A stretch of 38,093 nucleotides of DNA from Bacteroidales bacterium (GTDB taxonomy: Bacteria > Bacteroidota > Bacteroidia > Bacteroidales > UBA12077). This document shows, in pieces, positions 8,302 to 16,376 of the stretch. The stretch is from NCBI GenBank assembly GCA_021740225.1, contig JAIPAF010000002.1:1-38093 (forward strand), given 5' to 3'. Below the pieces are notes generated by a model. It ran no database searches. It was not told where the DNA came from and saw only the letters and a list, made by a program, of their open reading frames with translations. The position numbers and the translations under genes were made by a program. Positions within the stretch are counted from its first letter, which is position 1; every line of letters starts with the position of its first letter.

Positions 8302-9629
8302 AATTGTGGTCGGAAACTAACAATACGGAAGATTGGGTGTATCAACACACCACATCGGACAGGACATTTGACGAAAAGCTGGCTCCTTTTGATATAATTG
8401 GAAGCATAGCCCATCTTACCATGCTGAGAAAGTGTAATTTCGTTCGGGCAAAAGAATTTGAAGTAATGAAGGGCGAACTGATAAAACTCTACAATGAGAG
8501 TTTGGAGGAAGATTTTCAAATCCCCCGGGATGTTGAAGACATCCATTCTTATGTAGAGTTGTGTTTAACCGACAGGCTGGGTAAGGTTGGGAAGAAGCTT
8601 CATACTGCCCGCTCCAGGAATGACCAGGTACTTTTGGATATCAAACTGTATATCAGAAACGAAATAGAGGAGATCATAGGTCGTATGGATGGTTTGTTCC
8701 ATAAATTGATGGAATTAAGCAGGAAGTATGAGTATACCTTTATGCCGGGTTATACCCACGGGCAGGTGGCCATGCCTTCTTCCTTTGGTTTGTGGTTTAG
8801 CGCTTATGCCGAGCAATTGGCGGAAGATCTCATCGAATTTCATTCGGCTTTCCAACTGTCCAATATGAATCCACTGGGTTCGGGTTCGGGATATGGAAGT
8901 ACTTTTAATATTGACCGGGAAATTACCACTTCTTTACTGGGATTCGAGTCAATGCATTTTAATGTAGTCGGTGCACAATTGTCACGGGGAAAAACAGAAA
9001 TCCTTACTGCAAATGCCCTGGCCTTTATGGCCACCACTCTTTCCCGCTTTGCCAATGACTGTTGTCTGTTTTTGAGTCAGAATTTTGGTTTTATCTCATT
9101 AAGTGATGAGATTACCACCGGCTCCAGCATTATGCCCCATAAAAAGAATCCGGATGTATTTGAATTGCTCAGGGCCAAACTCAATCGATTGAAAGCACTT
9201 CCGAATGAGATCTTTATGTATACTACAAATTTAACCACAGGATATTCAAGAGATTTTCAGTTGACAAAGCATAGTTTATTTCCAGCCATTGACGATTTGA
9301 AAGCAAGTTTGGATACTTTCACCAAAGTACTGGACCATATCAGGGTTAATGAACACCTGATAGATGATAAGCGTTACCGGGAGGTGTTTTCGGTAAACAG
9401 AATCAAGCATTACACAGAAGAAGGTATGCCTTTTAGGGAGGCTTATCATAAGGTTTCATCTGAAATCAGTGAAGGCAAGTATTCTCCTGATTATAAGATG
9501 GCTTCAAGTACAATCGGACATATTGGTAATATGTGTTTTGACGGCATAGAAAACAAATATGAACATTACAGAAAACGATTTTTCTTTCGGAAGATAAAAA
9601 AATGTGTTCAGGAATTAACAGAGATTTAA
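8298..9629 (+). CDS. argH: Argininosuccinate lyase
   Basis: Fumarate-lyase signature GSSIMPHKKNPD and the TARSRNDQV motif. A 4-nt ATGA overlap with the upstream gene suggests translational coupling. Confidence 0.92.
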   Translation: MKLWSETNNTEDWVYQHTTSDRTFDEKLAPFDIIGSIAHLTMLRKCNFVRAKEFEVMKGELIKLYNESLEEDFQIPRDVEDIHSYVELCLTDRLGKVGKKLHTARSRNDQVLLDIKLYIRNEIEEIIGRMDGLFHKLMELSRKYEYTFMPGYTHGQVAMPSSFGLWFSAYAEQLAEDLIEFHSAFQLSNMNPLGSGSGYGSTFNIDREITTSLLGFESMHFNVVGAQLSRGKTEILTANALAFMATTLSRFANDCCLFLSQNFGFISLSDEITTGSSIMPHKKNPDVFELLRAKLNRLKALPNEIFMYTTNLTTGYSRDFQLTKHSLFPAIDDLKASLDTFTKVLDHIRVNEHLIDDKRYREVFSVNRIKHYTEEGMPFREAYHKVSSEISEGKYSPDYKMASSTIGHIGNMCFDGIENKYEHYRKRFFFRKIKKCVQELTEI

Positions 9630-9765
9630 TGCCGGCTCTCAGGTGTTTTTAATGAAGCGTGTGATTTGTTCTTTTGTCATAAGAAAGCGGTGTTTCAAAT
9701 ATTGGAAATTAGGGTTTGGGTTATTGGAATCGGTAAGTGTGGAAAAAACGAGGCAAACCTTTGTT

Positions 9766-9880
9766 AAAGCGGGGTAACCTGCATCCTCCCCGCTATCCAT
9801 CCCGCATTGAGATGCGATAAACGCGTCTCGAGCTCCGCTTCGCTCCGGTTCATAAGCTTTCCCGCTTTCAGCAGGATTCG
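9766..9880. other. GC-rich structured block inside the ORF-free island
   Basis: Short stems AGCGGGG/CCCCGCT (9768-9774/9788-9794) and CGCAT/ATGCG (9802-9806/9811-9815). AAAGCGGG (9766-9773) is complementary to CCCGCTTT (9861-9868), and CCTGC (9779-9783) to GCAGG (9871-9875). The motif CTATCCAYCCCGC is shared with 10153-10164. Confidence 0.35.
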
Positions 9881-10047
9881 TTTATGCTATCACTCCCAAT
9901 AATTTTGTTTTTGTGACAAAAGTTTAGATCCGAGATAACTTTGGCTGTGGAGAAGTTGATTATGAATAAATTTAGATACTATATTTGTGTTGATTCTTTC
10001 TTTGGGATGAGCATAAATCTGAGTATGGTACTTATTATCAGGTTAAG

Positions 10048-10090
10048 AGAAATTTGTTTGCAGTTCAACCTGTGGTAAGAATAATGCAGG
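10048..10090 (+). repeat. 43-nt repeat element, copy A (AGAAATTTGTTTGC-N12-GGTAAGAATAATGCAGG)
   Basis: The 14-nt and 17-nt flanks are identical to 37134-37176. The 12-nt core differs but keeps hairpin potential. Confidence 0.6.
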
Positions 10091-10340
10091 TGAGTATTCT
10101 TTTCTTTTTTCCTTGATGAAAAAAGAAGCAAAAAAATCAAGAAAAAATGAGCCTATCCACCCGCGATCCCTCCCTGACCCGGCCGATTTTTTCGGGCCTT
10201 CGCGCCGTTAGTAGCTAAGTTTGGATAAAATCCCAAGTCTTAGAGGTGTTTATTGACTGGCACCAATAACCCTTTCATAGAAGCAGAAAATTAAGATAGA
10301 TCAAATAGAATGTAGTGGTCCCTTCTTTGGGCCGACCATA

Positions 10341-10496
10341 AAAATCATTTGGCTGACAAATCTTTTCGAGTTCCGTCGTGGCGCCGAAGAAATTTTCTAC
10401 GGACTTTAGATATTTATTCGCGCCACATGGAGGAACGGGGAAGAATTCGAGAAATTTTATGACGCTCTGCGTTATAGATTTGTCCCAAATGATTTT
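10341..10496. repeat. About 156-nt imperfect long hairpin / inverted-repeat element next to the 3' end of the M20 dipeptidase gene
   Basis: Outer arms AAAATCATTTGG-CT-GACAAATCT (10341-10363) pair with AGATTTGTC-CCAAATGATTTT (10476-10496), giving 21 bp with a 2-nt bulge. Inner stems are GTTCC/GGAAC (10370-10374/10432-10436) and GTGGCGC/GCGCCAC (10378-10384/10420-10426). Confidence 0.55.
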
Positions 10497-10511
10497 CAGG
10501 TCTAGCGTTTT

Positions 10512-11882
10512 TTATTTTTCTGTTTCTGCAAATTTTCGGTAAAAACGGGCAATGGTTTCTATTCCACTATAAAACTGGTCGAGCGGATAATTTTCATTTG
10601 GAGAGTGAATGGCATCAGCCTCCAGGCCAAATCCAAGAAGTATGGATTTTATATTCAATACCTGATCAAAGGTGGCAATAATCGGAATACTTCCACCGGT
10701 TCTTACCGGAATGGGTTTTTTGCCCAGTGTTTCTTCCATGGCTTCACTGGCAGCTTTATAGGCAGGCAGGTCGATGGGACAAACATACCCCTGCCCACCG
10801 TGAAGCTCGTTTACTTCTACATTAACAGAATGGGGAGCAATGGATTTGATATAGTCTTTGAATAGTCCGGCGATTTTTTTATGATCCTGGTTGGGAACCA
10901 GTCGCATGGAGATTTTGGCACCTGCTGTTGAGGGAAGTATGGTTTTCGCTCCTTCTCCGGTATACCCGCTCCACATTCCGTTTACATCCAGAGAGGGTCT
11001 GATGCCTGTTCTTTCAAGGGTGGTATAACCTGCTTCACCCTCAACTTCATCAATATCCAGAGATTTTTTATATTCCTCCAGATCAAAGGGCGCCTTGTTC
11101 ATTTCTTTTCTTTCCTCTTCTGTTGCTTCAATGACATCATCGTAAAATCCGGGGATGGTAATTTTTTTATTATCGTCTTTCAGTTTGGCGATCATTTCCG
11201 AGAGGACATTGGCAGGGTTGGCAACGGCACCACCGAAAATGCCTGAATGAAGATCCTTATTGGGGCCGGTAACATGGACTTCCATGTAAGCAAGACCCCG
11301 TAACCCGGTTGTTATGGAAGGATTCTCCATGCCCAGCATACTGGTGTCGGAAACCAATATCGTATCGGCCTGGAGCATATCTTTATTTTGCTCGCAGAAC
11401 TTTTTAAGGTTAGGGGATCCTATTTCTTCTTCCCCTTCCAGCATGAACTTTACATTACAATTTAGCGTGCCCGTTGTTACAAGCATTTCCAAAGCCTTTA
11501 TATGCATGAAGGACTGCCCCTTATCGTCATCCGCACCTCTTGCGTATATCTTACCATCCCTGATTTCAGGCTCGAAAGGCTTGGAATTCCATTTTTCGAG
11601 AGGGTCAACCGGCATCACATCATAATGTCCGTAAACCAAAACGGTAGGCTTATTTTTGTTAATTAATTTTTCTCCATAAACCACCGGATTTCCATCGGTT
11701 GGGAGAACCTGGGCCTTATCTGCACCTGCTTCCAGAAGCTTTTGCTTTAGGGCTTCCGCCATTTTTTTCATGTCCTCTTTATGTTCCTTTTCAGAACTGA
11801 TGGACGGTATACGGATAAGTTCGAACAATTCGTCGAGAAATCGCTGCTTGTTGTCTTCAATATACTTTTTGATGTCTTCCAT
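10512..11882 (-). CDS. M20/M25/M40-family dipeptidase
   Basis: 456 aa. Motifs VYGHYDVMPVDP, ARGADDDKGQ and LEGEEEIGS are typical of M20 dipeptidases. Confidence 0.85.
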   Translation of the reverse strand: MEDIKKYIEDNKQRFLDELFELIRIPSISSEKEHKEDMKKMAEALKQKLLEAGADKAQVLPTDGNPVVYGEKLINKNKPTVLVYGHYDVMPVDPLEKWNSKPFEPEIRDGKIYARGADDDKGQSFMHIKALEMLVTTGTLNCNVKFMLEGEEEIGSPNLKKFCEQNKDMLQADTILVSDTSMLGMENPSITTGLRGLAYMEVHVTGPNKDLHSGIFGGAVANPANVLSEMIAKLKDDNKKITIPGFYDDVIEATEEERKEMNKAPFDLEEYKKSLDIDEVEGEAGYTTLERTGIRPSLDVNGMWSGYTGEGAKTILPSTAGAKISMRLVPNQDHKKIAGLFKDYIKSIAPHSVNVEVNELHGGQGYVCPIDLPAYKAASEAMEETLGKKPIPVRTGGSIPIIATFDQVLNIKSILLGFGLEADAIHSPNENYPLDQFYSGIETIARFYRKFAETEK

Positions 11883-12011
11883 GGTCTTTGTGTTTATTTG
11901 AGTTAAAAGGCTCTAATATAATAAATCTTGCATTATTTTGATTAATTATAAATAAATTGCCGGGAACATTTCTATAAATAGGAATCTTGCCGGAATACAA
12001 TCAGAAACTAT

Positions 12012-12019
12012 TACATTTG
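12012..12019 (+). promoter_or_regulatory. Candidate -7 promoter box TACATTTG (TAnnTTTG) upstream of the trpB leader region
   Basis: Exact match to the Bacteroidota -7 consensus, 21 nt upstream of the first mini-ORF ATG (12040). Confidence 0.35.
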
Positions 12020-12039
12020 GCCCATCAAAATATTATGGG

Positions 12040-12090
12040 ATGAGAGAGATCACACCTTACACACGGTTTTATTGGTGGTGTTGGCTTTGA
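12040..12090 (+). CDS. Candidate Trp-rich leader peptide 1 (MREITPYTRFYWWCWL)
   Basis: ATG-initiated 16-codon ORF with 3 TGG codons among its last 5 sense codons. It lies upstream of trpB. Confidence 0.35.
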   Translation: MREITPYTRFYWWCWL

Positions 12091-12151
12091 TACCTCAGAT
12101 TACCATAGAGTAGTTAATTCAGAAATATTAATTAATAAACCTTTTATCCAA

Positions 12152-12205
12152 ATGAATACTCAGCTACGGTATTGGTGGGAGCGAATCCATTTTCCCTGGC
12201 GTTAA
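12152..12205 (+). CDS. Candidate Trp-rich leader peptide 2 (MNTQLRYWWERIHFPWR)
   Basis: ATG-initiated 17-codon ORF with 3 TGG codons. It shares the nucleotide motif ACGGT..ATTGGTGG and the peptide motif R-(F)-Y-W-W with leader 1. Confidence 0.35.
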   Translation: MNTQLRYWWERIHFPWR

Positions 12206-12277
12206 AGATTATTGAGATAAGCTATACTACGGAAAACCAATAATTTGATATTTGAACCCATAAACCATCAATCAACA

Positions 12278-13483
12278 ATGGAGCATACAAATAAAGTTCA
12301 GGATAATCAGAGCAATCAATACACCCGTCAGGCATATCAGAAGGGTTACTTTGGCCGGTACGGAGGCATTCATGTGCCCGGAGTATTAAAGGAAAAACTG
12401 GATCATTTGGCATTTACTTTCAATGAGATTAAAGAGAAAGGGGATTTTGTCAATGAGCTTAATTATTATTACAGGGATTATATAGGCCGGCCGTCTCCTT
12501 TATATTATGCACATAGGTTGTCAGAACATGTCAATTCCCGGATATATTTGAAACGTGAGGATTTAAATCATACCGGGGCTCATAAGATTAATAATACCGT
12601 CGGCCAGATTCTGCTGGCCAAACATATGGGAGCTACGGAAATTATTGCGGAAACAGGAGCTGGTCAGCATGGCGTTGCCACAGCTACGGCAGCGGCTCTG
12701 ATGGGGATTAAATGCAAGATATTTATGGGCCGGAAAGATGCCGAACGCCAACAGATGAATGTATACCGGATGAAGATTCTCGGCGCCGAGCTGGTTACCA
12801 CTGAGAGGGGTACGGCTACCTTAAAGGATGCCATTAATGCTGCCCTGGAATATTACGTGGATCATCCCGAAGCATTTTATCTGCTTGGTTCGGCAGTGGG
12901 TCCACATCCCTATCCATCTATGGTCAGATATTTTCAGAGTGTCATCGGTAATGAAGCCAAAAACCAGTTTATGGAGAAGGAAAACAGGTTGCCGGATGCT
13001 ATTTTTGCCTGCGTTGGCGGTGGGTCCAATGCCATAGGTATGTTCTCCGGTTTTCTGGATGATCCTGAGGTAAAAATATATGCTGCGGAAGGGGGCGGAG
13101 AAGGTGAAATTCTTTATAAAACTGCTTCTACCTTGGTTATGGGAAAACCGGTGGTATTTCAGGGTACTTTTTCTTACTGCCTGGTTGATGAGGAACATAA
13201 TCCGATAGATACCTATTCTATGGCGGCTGGTTTGGATTACCCTGGTGTGGGGCCGGAACATTCTTATCTTAAAGATACCAAAAGAGCTGAATATTTTACC
13301 GTTACTGATCAGGAAGCTATTGAGGCTTTTAAGATTTTATCCCGGCTGGAGGGAATCATCCCTGCTATCGAATCCGCTCATGCGGTATCACTGGCCATGA
13401 AAATGATGAAGGATCAGGAGGCAGTGAGTATTGTTAATCTGTCCGGCCGTGGGGATAAAGACATGGACAGACAACTTTTTTAG
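12278..13483 (+). CDS. trpB: Tryptophan synthase beta chain (TrpB1-like), orphan
   Basis: PLP-lysine motif HTGAHKINN, plus GGGSNAIG, AAGLDYPGVGPEH and EGIIPAIESAHA. I prefer the start at the ATG 12278 (MEHTNK). No trpA is adjacent. Confidence 0.88.
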   Translation: MEHTNKVQDNQSNQYTRQAYQKGYFGRYGGIHVPGVLKEKLDHLAFTFNEIKEKGDFVNELNYYYRDYIGRPSPLYYAHRLSEHVNSRIYLKREDLNHTGAHKINNTVGQILLAKHMGATEIIAETGAGQHGVATATAAALMGIKCKIFMGRKDAERQQMNVYRMKILGAELVTTERGTATLKDAINAALEYYVDHPEAFYLLGSAVGPHPYPSMVRYFQSVIGNEAKNQFMEKENRLPDAIFACVGGGSNAIGMFSGFLDDPEVKIYAAEGGGEGEILYKTASTLVMGKPVVFQGTFSYCLVDEEHNPIDTYSMAAGLDYPGVGPEHSYLKDTKRAEYFTVTDQEAIEAFKILSRLEGIIPAIESAHAVSLAMKMMKDQEAVSIVNLSGRGDKDMDRQLF

Positions 13484-13511
13484 TCAAATACAATTCATTC
13501 GGTAAAATCGG

Positions 13512-13562
13512 AAGGTCATTTCTGAACCCTATTTCTCGAAACTTCAGAAATGACCTTTTTTC
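13512..13562 (+). terminator. Rho-independent terminator after trpB
   Basis: Perfect 15-bp stem AAGGTCATTTCTGAA/TTCAGAAATGACCTT with a 16-nt loop, followed by a T-run. Confidence 0.75.
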
Positions 13563-13572
13563 GTTTGTAAAA

Positions 13573-14238
13573 TTGATTAATTTTGTTTTCATAAAACAGG
13601 AAAGGTTGATTTCATTGGATGACAAAATATTCGAGGGAGGAGAAAAGCTTCCTTTAGTGGAAAGGTTCTACTCAGTGCAGGGGGAAGGGTTTCATGCCGG
13701 CAAACCGGCTTATTTCATCCGAATAGGAGGATGCGATATTGGATGTCATTGGTGTGATTCCAAAATGACGTGGAACCCGGACGTTCATCCACTTGTGGAT
13801 GTAAGGGAAATCAAGGAGTCGGTTCAGGAAACACCGGCTAAAGCCATTGTTGTTACAGGTGGTGAGCCCGGTTTATATAACCTCGATCCTCTCTGCAGCG
13901 CGTTGAAAACCATTGACGTTAAAACATATCTTGAAACCTCAGGCACTGGAAATTTCACCGGCGTATGGGATTGGATATGTCTTTCGCCCAAAAAGCAAGA
14001 GCCTCCCAAAACCGAGTTTTATAAAGCAGCGGATGAGTTAAAGGTGATTGTCTACCAATATGAAGATTTTGAATGGGCGGAAAAAGCGGCCAGGGAAGTT
14101 TATGGAAGGTGTAAACTTTATCTTCAGCCTGAATGGAGCCAATACAAAACAATTATTCCTTCAATTGTGGAATATGTGAAAACTCATCCGGAATGGAGGG
14201 TATCCCTGCAGGCCCATAAATTTATGCGGATTCCCTGA
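13573..14238 (+). CDS. queE: 7-carboxy-7-deazaguanine synthase QueE (radical SAM)
   Basis: FYSVQGEGFHAGKPAYFIRIGGCDIGCHWCDSK, with a CX3CX2C cluster motif. There is no in-frame ATG near the 5' end, so the start is a non-ATG codon (TTG at 13573 or 13606) and remains uncertain. Confidence 0.85.
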   Translation: MINFVFIKQERLISLDDKIFEGGEKLPLVERFYSVQGEGFHAGKPAYFIRIGGCDIGCHWCDSKMTWNPDVHPLVDVREIKESVQETPAKAIVVTGGEPGLYNLDPLCSALKTIDVKTYLETSGTGNFTGVWDWICLSPKKQEPPKTEFYKAADELKVIVYQYEDFEWAEKAAREVYGRCKLYLQPEWSQYKTIIPSIVEYVKTHPEWRVSLQAHKFMRIP

Positions 14239-14334
14239 AAGCTAAGTAATTCGATGATTCCACTATATTCTGCTATAATTTTTTAAGTTTATTGTCCGAT
14301 TATGCAGCCTGAATATTGAAAATCAACAACAACC

Positions 14335-16320
14335 ATGAAAAAATTGATGTTCTTTTTTTTTATAGCCATTTTCTTTTCCAGCCTGCAGGCTCAGGAACAA
14401 TACTCAACCTCTTCTGAGAGGGCTGCTGAGAATCTGAAGGAGGCCCTCCGGAATTATCGAATTAAGGAATATGATCGGGCTCTTGAATATATCACTGATG
14501 CACTGGACAGGGATGAGGCGTTTATAGAAGCGTATATTGTGAGAGGCCAGATTTATGAAGCCCGGGGAGATGATTCCCTGGCTCTGGATTCATATAAAAA
14601 GGCCATAAGCATTGATGCCGGATTTTTTCCAAAAGTACTTTATAGTGCCGGGCTGCTTGGACTGAGAATGGGCCAATATGCTCAGGCTAAAGACTATTTC
14701 CGCCGTTTTATTGGGAAAGAAGACATTGGGCCTATTTTTGCTGAAAAAGCCAACAAACACATCCGGTCCTGTAACTTTGCCCTGGAACAGCTGAAAGATC
14801 CGGTGCCTTTTGATCCCAGAAATCTTGGGGATAAAATTAACAGTGAGCATGATGAATACTGGCCTTCCATATCAGCCGACGGACAAACACTGGTTTTTAC
14901 CAGGCTTATTCCCCGGGAAGATCTGGATGAGGTAGAAAGAAAATTGAAGCAGATGGATGAAGGCAGAAAGAAATTTATGAAGTCATTGATGCATAAGCGA
15001 CAGGAAGATTTTTTCATAAGCCATAGGAAAGATACGGTATGGTCGAAGGCCAGGAATCTTGGTCCTCCGATCAATACCGAATATAATGAGGGAGCCCAAA
15101 GCTTGTCAGCAGATGGTAAGACCATGTATTTTACTGCCTGCAATAAAAAAGGAGGTAAAGGGGGTTGTGATATTTATTATGCTGAGCTTAAAGCAACAGG
15201 CTGGAGCGATCCCGTTAACCTGGGTGCTCCGGTAAATACCAAACACTGGGAGTCACAGCCATCCATTTCACCCGACGGACAAACCCTGTATTTCTCCAGC
15301 AACCGTGATAAAGGGAAAGGTAAAAAAGATTTATGGAAAAGTACCGGTCAACCCGATGGATCATGGAGTGAGCCTGTCAACCTGGGCGATAGCATCAATA
15401 CTCCTGAAGATGAGGTGGCGCCATTCATTCATATGGATAATAAAACCCTCTACTTTGCTTCTGATGGCTGGCCGGGTATGGGAAATCTTGATCTTTTCAG
15501 GACCCGGAAAAAAGGGAAAAATTCATGGGAAGAGCCTAAAAATCTTGGCTATCCAATCAATACACATAAAAATGAATTTGGATTGATTGTGAATTCGCAG
15601 GGTTCAGATGCGTTTTACTCAAGCGACCGGCAAAAAGGAAGTGGAAAAGATATTTTCCGCTTTCAGCTATACCAGGAGATACGGCCCACACCAAGCTCAT
15701 ATATGAAAGGAAAAGTTTATGATTCAGATACCCGGGAACCCCTGAAGGCAAAATTTGAGCTTATTTCTTTAGACAGCGGGGATGTGGTGATGGAGTCCTA
15801 TTCCGATAAGCAATCGGGTGAGTTTCTCGTGTGCATACCCTCAAATAATAATTATGTGTTGAACGTGTCAAAGAAGGGGTATCTGTTTTATTCAGATAAC
15901 TTTACATTGAAAGGCATCCATGAAGTAGATGAACCCTTTAGAAAGGATGTACCGTTGGATCCGGTTAAAGAAGGAGAGCGGATTGTTCTGCGGAATATAT
16001 TCTATGCAACCGATTCGTTCAATCTTAAATCGGAATCAAAAGTGGAACTGAACAAATTGTATCAGTTCCTTGAGGACAATTCCGGTCTTAAGATTGAAAT
16101 ATCAGGCCATACAGACAACAGAGGATCCGAGCAGTACAATATGGAACTATCAAAAAAACGAGCACAGTCAGTTTACAAATATCTAATTGATAAAGGAATA
16201 GATCACGAGCGTCTTTCTTATGCGGGATATGGAGAAAACCAGCCTGTGGCTACTAATGAAACTGAGGAAGGAAGAGCCAAAAACAGAAGGACGGAAATAA
16301 AGATTCTGGGAAACTTGTGA
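14335..16320 (+). CDS. OmpA-family outer-membrane protein (TPR, PD40 repeats, CarbopepD_reg-like, OmpA_C); paralogue of 152..2113
   Basis: Signal peptide MKKLMFFFFIAIFFSSLQAQ. PD40 repeats (SISADGQTLVFTR; SISPDGQTLYFSSNRDKGKGKKDLWK). OmpA_C motif ISGHTDNRGSEQYNMELSKKRAQSV ... NRRTEI. Confidence 0.85.
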   Translation: MKKLMFFFFIAIFFSSLQAQEQYSTSSERAAENLKEALRNYRIKEYDRALEYITDALDRDEAFIEAYIVRGQIYEARGDDSLALDSYKKAISIDAGFFPKVLYSAGLLGLRMGQYAQAKDYFRRFIGKEDIGPIFAEKANKHIRSCNFALEQLKDPVPFDPRNLGDKINSEHDEYWPSISADGQTLVFTRLIPREDLDEVERKLKQMDEGRKKFMKSLMHKRQEDFFISHRKDTVWSKARNLGPPINTEYNEGAQSLSADGKTMYFTACNKKGGKGGCDIYYAELKATGWSDPVNLGAPVNTKHWESQPSISPDGQTLYFSSNRDKGKGKKDLWKSTGQPDGSWSEPVNLGDSINTPEDEVAPFIHMDNKTLYFASDGWPGMGNLDLFRTRKKGKNSWEEPKNLGYPINTHKNEFGLIVNSQGSDAFYSSDRQKGSGKDIFRFQLYQEIRPTPSSYMKGKVYDSDTREPLKAKFELISLDSGDVVMESYSDKQSGEFLVCIPSNNNYVLNVSKKGYLFYSDNFTLKGIHEVDEPFRKDVPLDPVKEGERIVLRNIFYATDSFNLKSESKVELNKLYQFLEDNSGLKIEISGHTDNRGSEQYNMELSKKRAQSVYKYLIDKGIDHERLSYAGYGENQPVATNETEEGRAKNRRTEIKILGNL

Positions 16321-16376
16321 TTTTGTCAGACAATTTTACCCTTCAAAGTTCAATGGAAATGACGGGAGAGTGAATA

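Noticed and set aside
10048-10090. Could the repeated 43-nt element or the GC-rich blocks be a CRISPR array?
   Set aside because: Only two copies are present, 27 kb apart. There is no regular repeat-spacer periodicity and no cas genes in the window.
12041-12130. GAG/TAG triplets near the trpB leader region as a TRAP-binding site, or a T-box element.
   Set aside because: The triplets are too few and irregularly spaced. TRAP and T-box systems belong to the Firmicutes, and no specifier or T-box sequence is visible.
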